A stretch of 64,000 bases of DNA from the NCBI GenBank assembly GCA_021613535.1, contig CP075497.1, positions 9,362,001 through 9,426,000 of the forward strand, read 5' to 3'. The notes beneath the pieces are model-generated. The model saw only the letters and a program-made list of their open reading frames with translations. It was not told where the DNA came from and did no database searches. Below, piece by piece: positions 1 through 15,681 of the stretch; within the stretch, counting starts at the first letter, position 1; every line of letters starts with the position of its first letter. The position numbers were made by a program, and so were the translations under genes. This DNA comes from Adineta vaga. Lineage: Eukaryota > Animalia > Rotifera.

Positions 1-530
1 TCACGATAAGATGAACCGGCTTTATTTTCTTTAATTCAATTAATTTTCTTGTTAAGATCTTTAAGGATAGATGTATTTGAAATAAAAATTGCCTTATGTC
101 GAACTAATAGAATGAAATTAGTTTATGAGGGTATGCAGCGTGAGCGTGAAAAGTAGAAACTATCGGTATCTACTCTCAAAGATTTTCTTTTCTGATTGAA
201 CTTTTGTTGAAAATCACATGCAAAAATATCCTTTCTTAAAACGAACTCTTTTCTAAAACTCAAAAAATTACTGATGAAAAATATGTATCTTGAGTGTATA
301 CTGACACTCATAATCATACACGGCAGACGAAACTCCATCTCAACACATACATTAACGCCATCTTTCTGCATTAACTAACTATTCGCTTTAGTTGAAATCG
401 TCAGGTTTCATTCTCTTTTTCGAATAACAAAAATACAATACTATCAATAAAGCGAGTTTCTTTTCATAACAAACGAAATATATTCAATAGCTTGTATTCT
501 CAACAAACTTTTGTGGAATTTAAAGCGAAT

Positions 531-3500
531 ATGTACACATTTTCAACATTGCCGATTGAACTCGTCTATCGAATTTTGGATCATCTGTCTGATTTTACAC
601 TATTCTGTTCGATGCAAAATGTTTGCCAACGTTTTAATCAAATTCTGAACATTTATCATCGATATCAAGTAAGTTTGCCAAGTGCTTTACCTATTCTATC
701 ATCTGTTCAAGCACACATGAGCCTCGCAATATCTAACTTATTCAGTTTACTCAAAGAAAAAACAAATTTCACAATTCCGAAGCGATTTCCACGAGGCAAC
801 CCCACACAATATTGACTCATGCTATTAAAACAACCCTTCCTCTCAACTGTTCTTTTCTATCTATGCACATCGAATATATATCTCATCAAACGTGCACTCA
901 TGTGCCGCACAAGAATGAAACCGCAGCATTAAAACACCTTTCCCCTTTCAAACAAATGTCTCTATTGCAACTCTCAAACAATTCAACAACTATCTTTGAA
1001 ACCCACCCAATAAAATAAAGTGAACTGTTTTATATTGTGCCCCAACTCCATACGATCTTTCGCAAACCAAATCTAAAAATAACAATCCCAAACCGTTCGA
1101 AATAAACAAGTAACACTACCTTCAGTACATTACTTACTCTACTCATCCGACGATTTCAAAATTCACTCAGTAATAATCAGACAAGCACCGATTTATCTTT
1201 TCACTACATGAACCCAGATCGAACATTTTCAAACACCACCGCCACACCTCTTGTATAATGCTATATCAAATTGAAAAATCTTACTCTAAAGTTCCAATTG
1301 CTTTACCCACATTCTCGAAAGGAATATTCTATACATAGACACTCAGCACACTAAATCTCGAGAACAATCGAGTCGGCCATCAAGGAGCGCAACATATTGG
1401 TGATGCCTTGCGAATAAACACGGTAATACTCATTCACTCTTGTCCTAATTAAGACACCCGTGCTCTCTCTCGTCTATAGACACTCACCACACTAAATCTC
1501 AGGTACAATCAACTCGGCCATCAAGGAGCACAACATATTGGTGATGCCTTGCGAATAAACACGGTAATACTCATTCACTCTTGTCCTAATTGAGACACCC
1601 GTGCTCTCTCTCGTCTATAGACACTCACCACACTAAATCTGGAGTTCAATGAAATCGGCCATCAAGGAGCACAACATATTGGTGATTCCTTGCGAATAAA
1701 CACGGTAATATTCATTCACTCTTGTCCTAATTGACACATCCATACTCTCTTCTCATCTATAGACACTCACCACACTAAATCTCCGATACAATACAATCGG
1801 CCATCAAGGAGCACAACATATTGGTGATGCCTTGCGAATAAACACGGTAATACTCATTCGCTCCTGTCCTAATTGACACATCCATACTCTCTTCTCATCT
1901 ATAGACACTCACCGCACTAGATCTCGGGGACAATCAAATCGGCCATCAACGAGCACAACATATTGGTGATTCCTTGCGAATAAACACAGTAATATTCATT
2001 CGCTCTTGTCCTAATTCACACATCCATACTCTCTCTCCTTTATAGACACTCACCGAACTAAATCTCGGGTACAATCAAATCGGCCATCAAGGAGCACAAC
2101 ATATTGGTGATGCCTTGCGAATAAACACGGTAATACTCATTCACTCTTGTCCTAATTGAGACACCCGTGCTCTCTCTCGTCTATAGACACTCACCACACT
2201 AAATCTCGAGTTCAATGAAATCGGCCATCAAGGAGCACAACATATTGGTGATTCCTTGCGAATAAACACGGTAATACTCATTCGCTCTTGTCCTAATTGA
2301 CACACCCGTGCTCTCTCTCGTCTATAGACACTCACCACACTAAATCTCCAGCACAATCAAATCGGCCATCAAGGAGCACAACATATTGGTGATGCCTTGC
2401 GAATAAACACGGTAATATTCATTCGCTCTTGTCCTAATTGACAAATCCATACTCTCTTCTCATCTATAGACACTCACCGCACTAGATCTCGGGGACAATG
2501 AAATCGGCCATAAAGGAGCACAACATATTGGTGATGCCTTGCGAATAAACACGGTAATACTCATTCAGTCTTGTCCTAATTGACAAATCCATACTCTCTT
2601 CTCATCTATAGACACTCACCGCACTAGATCTCGAGGTCAATGTAATGGGCCATAAAGGAGCACAACATATTGGTGATGCCTTGCGAATAAACACGGTAAT
2701 ACTCATTCGCTCTTGTCCTATTTAACACAACCGTGTTCTCTCTCGTCTATAGACACTCACCGCACTAAATCTCCGGCGCAATCGAATCGGCGATCGAGGA
2801 GCACAACATATTGGTGATTCCTTGCGAATAAACACGGTAATACTCATGCGCTTTTGTCCTAATTGACACATCCATACTCTCTTCTCATCTATAGACACTC
2901 ACCGCACTAGATCTCGGGTACAATGAAATCGGCCATCAAGGAGCGCAACATATTGGTGATGCCTTGCGAATAAACACGGTAATACTCATTCACTCTTGTC
3001 CTAATTAAGACACCCGTGCTCTCTCTCGTCTATAGACACTCACCACACTAAATCTCCAGCGCAATCAAATCGGCGATCAAGGTGCACAACATATTGGTGA
3101 TTCCTTGCGAATAAACACGGTAATACTCACTCACTCTTGTCCTAATTAAGACACCCGTGCTCTCTCTCGTCTATAGACACTCACCACACTAAATCTCCAG
3201 CGCAATCAAATCGGCGATCAAGGTGCACAACATATTGGTGATGTCTTGCGAATAAACACAGTAATACTCATTCACTCTTGTCCTAATTCACACATCGATA
3301 TTCTCTCGTATATAGACACTCACCGAACTAAATCTCGGGTACAATCAAATCGGCCATCAAGGAGCACAACATATTGGTGATACCTTGCGAATAAACACCG
3401 TGATACTCATTCACTCTTGTCCTAATTGACACACCCGTGCTCTCTCTCCTCTATAGACACTCACCACACTAAATATCGGGGACAATCAAATCGGTGATCA

Positions 3501-4252
3501 AGGAGCACAACATATTGGTGATACCTTGCGAATAAACACGGTAATACTCATTCACTCTTGTCCTAATTGAGACACCCTTGTTCTCTCTCGTCTATAGACA
3601 CTCACCGAACTAAATCTCGAGTTCAATCGAATCGGCCATCAAGGAGCACAACATATTGGTGATGCCTTGCGAATAAACACGGTAATACTCATTCACTCTT
3701 GTCCTAATTGACACATCCATACTATCTCTCGTATATAGACACTCACCGAACTAAATCTCGGGGACAATGAAATCGGCCATAAAGGAGCACAACATATTGG
3801 TGATGCCTTGCGAATAAACACGGTAATACTCATTCACTCTTGTCCTAATTCACACATCGATATTCTCTCGTCTATAGACACTCACCACACTAAATCTCCA
3901 GCGCAATCAAATCGGCGATCAAGGAGCACAACATATTGGTGATGCCTTGCGAATAAACACAGTAATACTCATTCACTCTTGTCCTAATTAAGACACCCGT
4001 GCTCTCTCTCGTCTATAGACACTCACCACACTAAATCTCAGGTACAATCAACTCGGCCATCAAGGAGCACAACATATTGGTGATTCCTTGCGAATAAACA
4101 CAGTAATACTCATTCACTCTTGTCCTAATTGAGACACCCGTGCTCTCTCTCCTCTATAGACACTCACCACACTAAAGCTCGAGCTCAATCAAATCGGCGA
4201 CGAAGAAGGAGAGAATCTCCGAAATGCTTTTGGAAATAGGTTGATGTTGTAG
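531..4252 (+). CDS. F-box + 28-aa (RI/NLRC3-like) leucine-rich-repeat protein, 22 coding exons, ~636 aa if all exons are included
   Basis: Exon 1 (531-668) encodes the F-box MYTFSTLPIELVYRILDHLSDFTLFCSMQNVCQRFNQILNIYHRYQ and ends at a phase-0 GTAAGT donor. Twenty 84-nt phase-0 exons start at 1339, 1480, 1621, 1763, 1905, 2046, 2187, 2328, 2470, 2612, 2753, 2895, 3036, 3177, 3316, 3457, 3598, 3739, 3878 and 4019, consensus TLTxLxLxxNxIGxxGAQHIGDxLRINT. Terminal exon 4160-4252 reads TLTTLKLELNQIGDEEGENLRNAFGNRLML-TAG. No stop codon in any exon. Confidence 0.9.
1339..4200 (+). repeat. Tandem array of ~139-142 bp units (84 bp LRR exon + 55-58 bp intron), 20 full units plus one partial
   Basis: Recurring TATAG|ACACTCACC...CGAATAAACACG|GTAATACTCATTC is directly visible with a period of ~141 bp. 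Confidence 0.97.
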
Positions 4253-7200
4253 TTTGGACTCGAGTGACATTGTTTTTTAGTGCTCTTTTTTGGAGAATTC
4301 CTTCAGAGGAAACCGTTGTGGTGAGAAATGAATACACAGTGTGCTTCGAAGTCGTATTTATCGTACAATAACGTGTTTTGTTTTAAGCTCTTGATTTGCG
4401 ACCGTGAGAGATGTGTTTATGATCTAAGTTGTTGGTTTGTGTATGTCCGAGATAGCGAAATCCCATGTTTGAAATGCGCTTTAATTTGTCAATTGATGTT
4501 TGATGGGTATCATGTGATCTTTTGTGAAACTGTCTACTCTTAATATAATGTCTTCTGAAAATTTTCAACAGTGGAAAGGTTGTGAAGAAGAAGGACGACC
4601 GTCGATGCGTCTTATGAGTCTTTTAATGGGTCCGCTGCACTTATACCCATGGGTGATCTATTAGGAACGACTGGGAAATTATTTCTTAAACATTCTCTTG
4701 TGCATGAAAACGTAGCAAAATATTCTTCCGAACTTTATTTTGAATATTTCTCATAATAGAGAGGTTAGTTTAAAGTCCGAGTGTCTCACAAATCGTTACT
4801 ATATTTGTAACGCTATAGAGTTGGGTTTGAGGTCAAGAGAAAGTAGATGACGAGTTTGACAACTTTATTTAGCTGCTTCTTTGATTTGACGTTTGATGTT
4901 TAATAATAGAAAGATGTTTTGTATTCGTACATCTTTCAAGATAAAAAGAAAGTTTTAGAGAAAAGAGTGTATCTCAGTCTCAACTAACTAATGTGTAGAG
5001 ACACAATTTAGGATATAAATCGCATCTGGATGCAACTTCCGATATATTCGAGCTTGAATGAAAGACGGCGAAATGCATTTGTAAACACGAAGAGTGTTTC
5101 ATGTTTACATAGTGACCCGTACTTATAGTCCCTTCCTATTCATTATCATTCTGAGAATTACAAGAATATGATTAACTCGCGAGTGGTAAAGTGGTTCGGT
5201 CTTGAGTTTACACATATTTCTTTTTGAATATATTCATCGTCGGTGTCAATGAAACCGACTATACTAGATCTATCGAAGTTTTTCATGCTGTGCATTCAAA
5301 TAATTACACATGATAATGAACATTTAGTTGTTGAATGTACATCCATAATAGTTTCTTTATCTAATATGACGATTTTGTTTATTTGAGAAATCAATGTGAA
5401 CTGCCTTTCTAAATTCATCGATTGTGATGGACATTCTTCTAAAATATACCACCGACGCATGTATCATGACATTTGTTTCATTGAACCAATGGCATATTGA
5501 TCACTGACTTTTTGACTATGAATATATTGATGAAGTATATAATTGTCATATTTACACTGAATGGAAATTTTCTTTCATATAATCTTGATATTTTAACAAA
5601 GATAGGATTATATCTGACATGAATTAACAAATAATATCTAACATTAGTCGAAAAGAGATAACAAAATTAATGATAAACTTTGCTTGGTTTGATTTAATCA
5701 ATTTGGATTGCAATGCTCTAAATATATTTGTAAAAAATATCGAATTCGTATAATAGTTACCTATAACCTTTGAACAATTTCACAGCATCCAAACAATGAG
5801 AATTCAAACGAGTGTTGCATCATAACCAAGATAAAAATGAAGACATTATCAAACGTCATTCAAAGACGAGCTTGTAAATTTTAAAATAATCGATTGTAAA
5901 CGGATATTATCCGTTGTCATAATTAGGTAAATAACTATTGAATCCATACAAAAAATTCAATAAACTCTTTTTCTTTATTTTTTAATACTTGATGTTTCCA
6001 GATAAAAGCTTTCTCTTCTATCAGAAAACATATACATTTTGACCAAAGTTATAGAGTATATGATTGTTCGTTGTTTTTTCAATGTTTAAAATTCTAATGA
6101 AAACAAATAATAATGTTGATGTCTTGCGTAGAAGAAGTTTTTCTTTTCTACTCTCATGGCAAAAGAGATAAAAAAAACTTCCATATTTAGACTTACGAAA
6201 TGAGAACAAAATTAAAAATGAACATTCCGTAAATCTCATCTATATTTCTACTCATTTTGTTTCTTATTTATAGACAAGCAGTAATTTATTAGAGCAACTC
6301 TATTTTCATTTAATTATCATAAGTGTTCTAATCTTTTTTGATCATTGTCTTTGAAGGTAATATTTGTTTAAAGCATCATGTGATATATCCTTCTCATTAT
6401 CGTCTTTCGATAGATCCCTATTATTTTATTCTTCTATAGAATAATGTTGTCTATTCATTTGTGTAAATCTAGGTTTACAATAGAAGACCTTCTGGAATAT
6501 TCGACTGTTTTTTTTCGAAACCTATTTAATTCTCATTTGATCGTATCTTACGTTCATATTACGAGAAACTATGTTTTATTTCAGATTCTCTCAACATTAA
6601 AAATCTATTGTGGAACACTTTCATATTATTTTCCTTCGACACAATTTGAGATCAATTGCCTCTATACTTACCGAAATATACACAATACATTATGACTTTC
6701 TCATATCCCACTTACCATTTCTCTGCAATATAGATCGGTCTAAATATAAAAGAAGAAAATATTTAGTTTTCTATATAAAATATAACTCACATTTCGTTAG
6801 ACTTCGATCTGAATCTAAATGACAATAGAAAATATTTAATCTAAAATTCAAAATATCACTCAACTTTAATCAGATATGGCTATGAACCTGAATGATAACA
6901 CAATACTTAGTTTTTCATTTTAAATATAATAACATAAACATTCTCGCTAAAAGCTATGACCTTCTCAATATCTGCTGCTCTCAGGGACTGATATTTAGTT
7001 TCGAAAGCTGTCCGAATAGAAAGAGGCATTGAACAAGTCGTATTGAATATATCTCTTGATAGCTTCTGAAAGACTTGAAATCTGTGGATGAAATTCGATA
7101 TAGATTCCGATAACATTCTAAGAATCTGAGTACTGCTTAAACCAAAAACAAAAGTTGGGTGTAGCAATTAAAAGAATTTTTTTTCGCAAACTTCAATCGC

Positions 7201-8039
7201 AAAATGTTTTTGGTAAAAAATCACCATTTGGGTCACTTATCATCTTTCATAAGTTTCATGCGGGACCCATGCTTTGAAGTTAAGCTTTCGAGTATTATAG
7301 AATCCTCAGCCCGTCCCTGTCTGCTAGTCTCATTATATAAAGATATCTTCTATGCTCAAGGGTATGCAAATACCCCTACATACTATCAATTGATGACTGC
7401 GTGGTATCTCTACATAATCGAATAGAGAAACCGCTGAAAAAGATCATTTTATTTGTAAAGAATATTTTTGAAAGATTGAGCTCGATGAAATGATAAACTA
7501 TTGAATAGTTCTTTAGTTCATTTCATCAGAGTTCATGGACTTGAGCTGATCAACTCCTACCCTCTATTGTTGACATAACATATCAGTTAGTTTGAGCTAT
7601 ATTAGAGTCGTTCTCTGTTAACTTGTAACTGGCCTGAACATGCTTTTGTTACATGTAAGTAATAAGAGAAAAACCTCCCTCAGATTTGGATGACTGAAAA
7701 ATTGCTTGGAATAATCATATACTGATAGTGGGCTCTAACCATCGCCGATGCAAAACATTAAGTTGTTCAGTTCATACCTAAGATCGTTATTGACAACTTG
7801 AAATGACCAAAGCATTTCCGTTTTTTGTTATGGCAAAACTCAAAAGAGAAAAGAAAGTTGTTAAATTGTTGTTGACTTGCATGAACAAACGAACGTATAT
7901 ACATTTTTTGAGTTTATGACTATCTTCTTCAGTTGAGGAAACTTACGATACTCCAACATTCACTGGGACAGCTATATCAGGTTGCGGATTTTAGATAAGA
8001 AACTTTACATTTAGTAAAGTCGAAGGAAAAAATCTCTAT

Positions 8040-8470
8040 GATTCAATATTATCAGACCGAACCCTTTCAAACTGAGTATTTTTGGGCAGAAACCTTTTGT
8101 TTCAAAATAAATAAAACAGAACTTTTTAGGGTTTGGGATTTAATAGGCAGAACCATTTCGGTTTCTTACAAGCCTATTCATAAGCTTACATGGCTTCGGA
8201 TTGGTACACAGAACTTTTTAAAGTTCTGCAGTTGTACTAACCAACCAAATGGATTCAGTTTCGTCTCACGAAGGAGTTTTCAAGGTTCAGTAGAAAAATA
8301 ACTAAACCTTTCGTAGTTTAATGGATGACTGACAGAACTCTTCATAGTTCAGAATTGTTGCCCAGAACCTTTCTTGGTTTCTCATATGTCATACAGAACT
8401 TTTTCTGGTTCTGGAGATGTTGCAGAATCCAAAAAGGTTTTGGAACACTCCTTTTCTTCTTTCAGAGGAT
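8040..8470. repeat. Degenerate array of AGAAC(C/T)TTT / GGTT(T/C) motifs, possibly the subterminal repeats of a non-autonomous DNA transposon
   Basis: Many recurring cagaac(c/t)tt and ggtt(t/c)c words. No clear TIR or TSD identified. Confidence 0.3.
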
Positions 8471-11375
8471 AGATAGAAACAATTAATATCATTATATTTA
8501 TCAAATTTACGTATTTTTAATGTTCGACTAGTACCGATCGGATTCGAGTATCCGATTGGTCAACCTGGGTTAGAGTCTAAATAAATCTCGATTTCTGGGC
8601 ATACTTTTTGACAAATCTCAAAATAGTTTCGGGAGTGGTTGTCATTAAAATTGATTTATTTTTTTATTCGTTCAACCAGATGCGCTAAAATTTGGATCTC
8701 GAGGTTTTCAATGATGCTGAACAAAATCAAAACATAAAATCAAGAAAAGAAATTTTGACGAGTGTTTCTTCTCTTTAAAAGAGTTTTTTAAAGAATATAG
8801 ATGCGTTAATCATCATTATAGTTCTTTCAGAGAGGGGTCAGCGAATCCTACGGATGAGCGTTACTGGTTACATATCCATAAAATCTATATTTATAATTTC
8901 GTTCATCTTAATAATTTGTATGGTGAACGCGAGACGAGTTCGAATCCTGTATGAAGAGAATTTTTTTCGTTCTTTTCTGTATTTTACCATTGATAATTGT
9001 TAATTTCTTTTTTGCTTATGGTCAGAGGTATCCTCTCGAGATCTCCACGAGAACGACGTAACTTTTCATACTGATTCTGTGTATGCAAATTATTTTTACA
9101 GAAAACATCTCCTTCAATACCACTTCGGAGTGATATGATAAATGTTTAGGCAATGGAACACAAATGACAATATCATCACGTTCATTACCATATATATTGA
9201 CACTTCATCAACTAATTGTAATAACTAGGGATCCAATGTATGAACAATATTAATAAGTACTTGGGAATAGTACAAATCATCTTAATAGGATTAAGATATG
9301 GAAAAAACAAATGAAAATGATTTGTTCAACTGATGAACTTAATGCTTATTATTGTCAACGTGATGATATCGAAAGATCTAAATCATGTCAACAAAAAGTT
9401 GTAAAAATAGTTGCTCGAGAAAATAACGAAGATGATAGAACAATTTGTAAAACATACGTTTCACAATGGGAACAAGAACATGCTGTCGATAATCAGAAAC
9501 TATTCAAAGCTTTTGATCAAATTTCATTTCATTTTTTCTCTTTCTTTAATAAATAATTATTATTGCACACTAGATTATATACTTAACTTTTTTTATTCTA
9601 TTCGAATTCAATTCAATGAAAAATGAACAATCTAATGAATTATCAAATTTTTCTAACGTTTTTATTGCAATGAAATTCAAGAATAAGATCACTTGTCCAA
9701 ATATAAGCAAACAAAATTTTCAGAGACTTCGTATGTACATTTGTTCTTTAAGGATCACTAATCGATTTCTTCTTCAGGAAAAAAATATATTTTTTGTATC
9801 TATGAATCTCAAAAGATAGTTTTTCTGCTGATAATCATTCGTTCCATTCATAAACATTGGTATCACTATTCATTTGATAAGAGAATCATTTTCTCCATCG
9901 GTTGGTTCACTTGTTTGTTAATTCTGTCCAGATTATTCGTCGATACAGAGGAAGAAAAATCCAGCACTAAAAGAAAACAATCAGAGAAATGTATCACTGA
10001 CTATTCAATACCTATCTCATTTCTTACGTATATTTTCATCTGATAGAAAGAACGAAAAGAAAATCAACCGTATAAATAGTATAAATAGAGTGGCATTAGT
10101 GAACTAAGATAGTCCATGTACCAGAGGGAATAATACTTATCGATATTCGATCGTATGTATACATATATATGTTCCCTCTTGTTTTAGGTGTTCAATAACA
10201 ATGACCCTGTCCCTCCTTATATCCCGGATATAAGTAACCTTCCAAACTCCCTATGATCGTCTTCCCTCCCTTGGCATCCCGACTGGAAACTGTATGTTAT
10301 TGTTTTTGAGCTCAATTTTACAAATATTTTTTTTCATTTTCGTTTCTATTTAGGCATCATCCTCAGGTCGAAACGGTTCACTTACCGCCGTAAAGATGCC
10401 GTTTTGATCGGCCTGGATTATCATCGATGCAGATTACGGTGATACCACCACCACATAAGTGAGTTGCATACACGATTCATATAGTACGTACACCTCGATT
10501 TATTATTCTCTCTTTTTATTTTTTCTTCATGTGATATATGTATTCACTGATATCATACTCCCTTTCTTCTCTTCATAGACTAATCCTCGTATTCCTTTCT
10601 TTTGTTTACGTCACTTTTGTAATAGCCAGTTTTCTATTAATTCGAATTGGAACGTATATCATTTATTCAGTCAGTGAAGAAATAAATAATCGAAAGAGAA
10701 AAAAAGAAAACATGCCATATCAAAGGATAAAGAATGTCAGATAGAATAGAAAGAAAAGAAAAATTATCAGGTAGTCGATCATCACTACTGAAAGAATTGT
10801 TCTCTATTCTTTTATCTATCCATAAAAATGGCTCAATCGATAAATTTTATTGTGTAAAACAGAAGATTAGTTTTGAAATGTGTGAAAAGTTGTATCAGTC
10901 ATTATACAATTTGATTGACGTGAGTACTAAACGAAACGATGATTGACGAAAATAGGTAGAGTTTGGATATAACATCGGTAGTGACTTCTACTAGTGATTT
11001 TGATGTTTACTCCTCATTTTGAAGATAATATTTTTTTTCTGTTTTAGAATCCCAACAACGATCCTTTTATCGAACAACTCAACAACAACTCACCGCCATC
11101 CTCGGTCACCTACAACCACCACCCGAACAATAAAAGTCTTTTTTTGTCTTTTTCTTGATATAAAATAAAGTTTGTATAAAAATAATTATTTCTTATTTTA
11201 ATCTTTCGAAAGATACGCTTGGATAAAGAGATTTCAATTAGTTCAAGATCATTTTCACCTTCTTTCTTTGAGAAAATGAATATTTCACAAGGGGAAGATT
11301 TCTTAGGATGTGATTTGATTATAGCATAGAAAATTAATTTTTATCAAACAATATTACGAAAAATACAATGAACTA

Positions 11376-15494
<4,119 letters not shown>

Positions 15495-15681
15495 CTACAA
15501 AAAAATGAAGTTTACAATGCTTTCATTATTCACAAATATATTTTTAGTATTGAATATATTTTATCTGACATCTACACACACACGCACACACAGATAATCT
15601 ATATATGAATAACTACTCTATACAACAGAATATCATTATCACCGGCAATCTGATCTGTTTGCAAAGAAATATATTAGAATT

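Noticed and set aside
1339-4200. CRISPR-like array (constant repeat with short variable segments)
   Set aside because: The units are GT-AG exon/intron pairs encoding LRRs, the variable parts are a few codons that recur, the context is eukaryotic, and there are no cas genes.
1339-4200. Diversity-generating retroelement (TR/VR) as the source of LRR variation
   Set aside because: No reverse transcriptase in the window, and the variation is not adenine-specific relative to any single template.
4300-8000. Short ORFs in the gene-poor region as genes or transposase fragments
   Set aside because: No recognisable motifs or consistent exon chains.
8925-8970. tRNA or SINE (B-box-like GAGTTCGAATCC followed by a T run)
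   Set aside because: No A-box at a suitable distance and no cloverleaf could be folded. At most a remnant.
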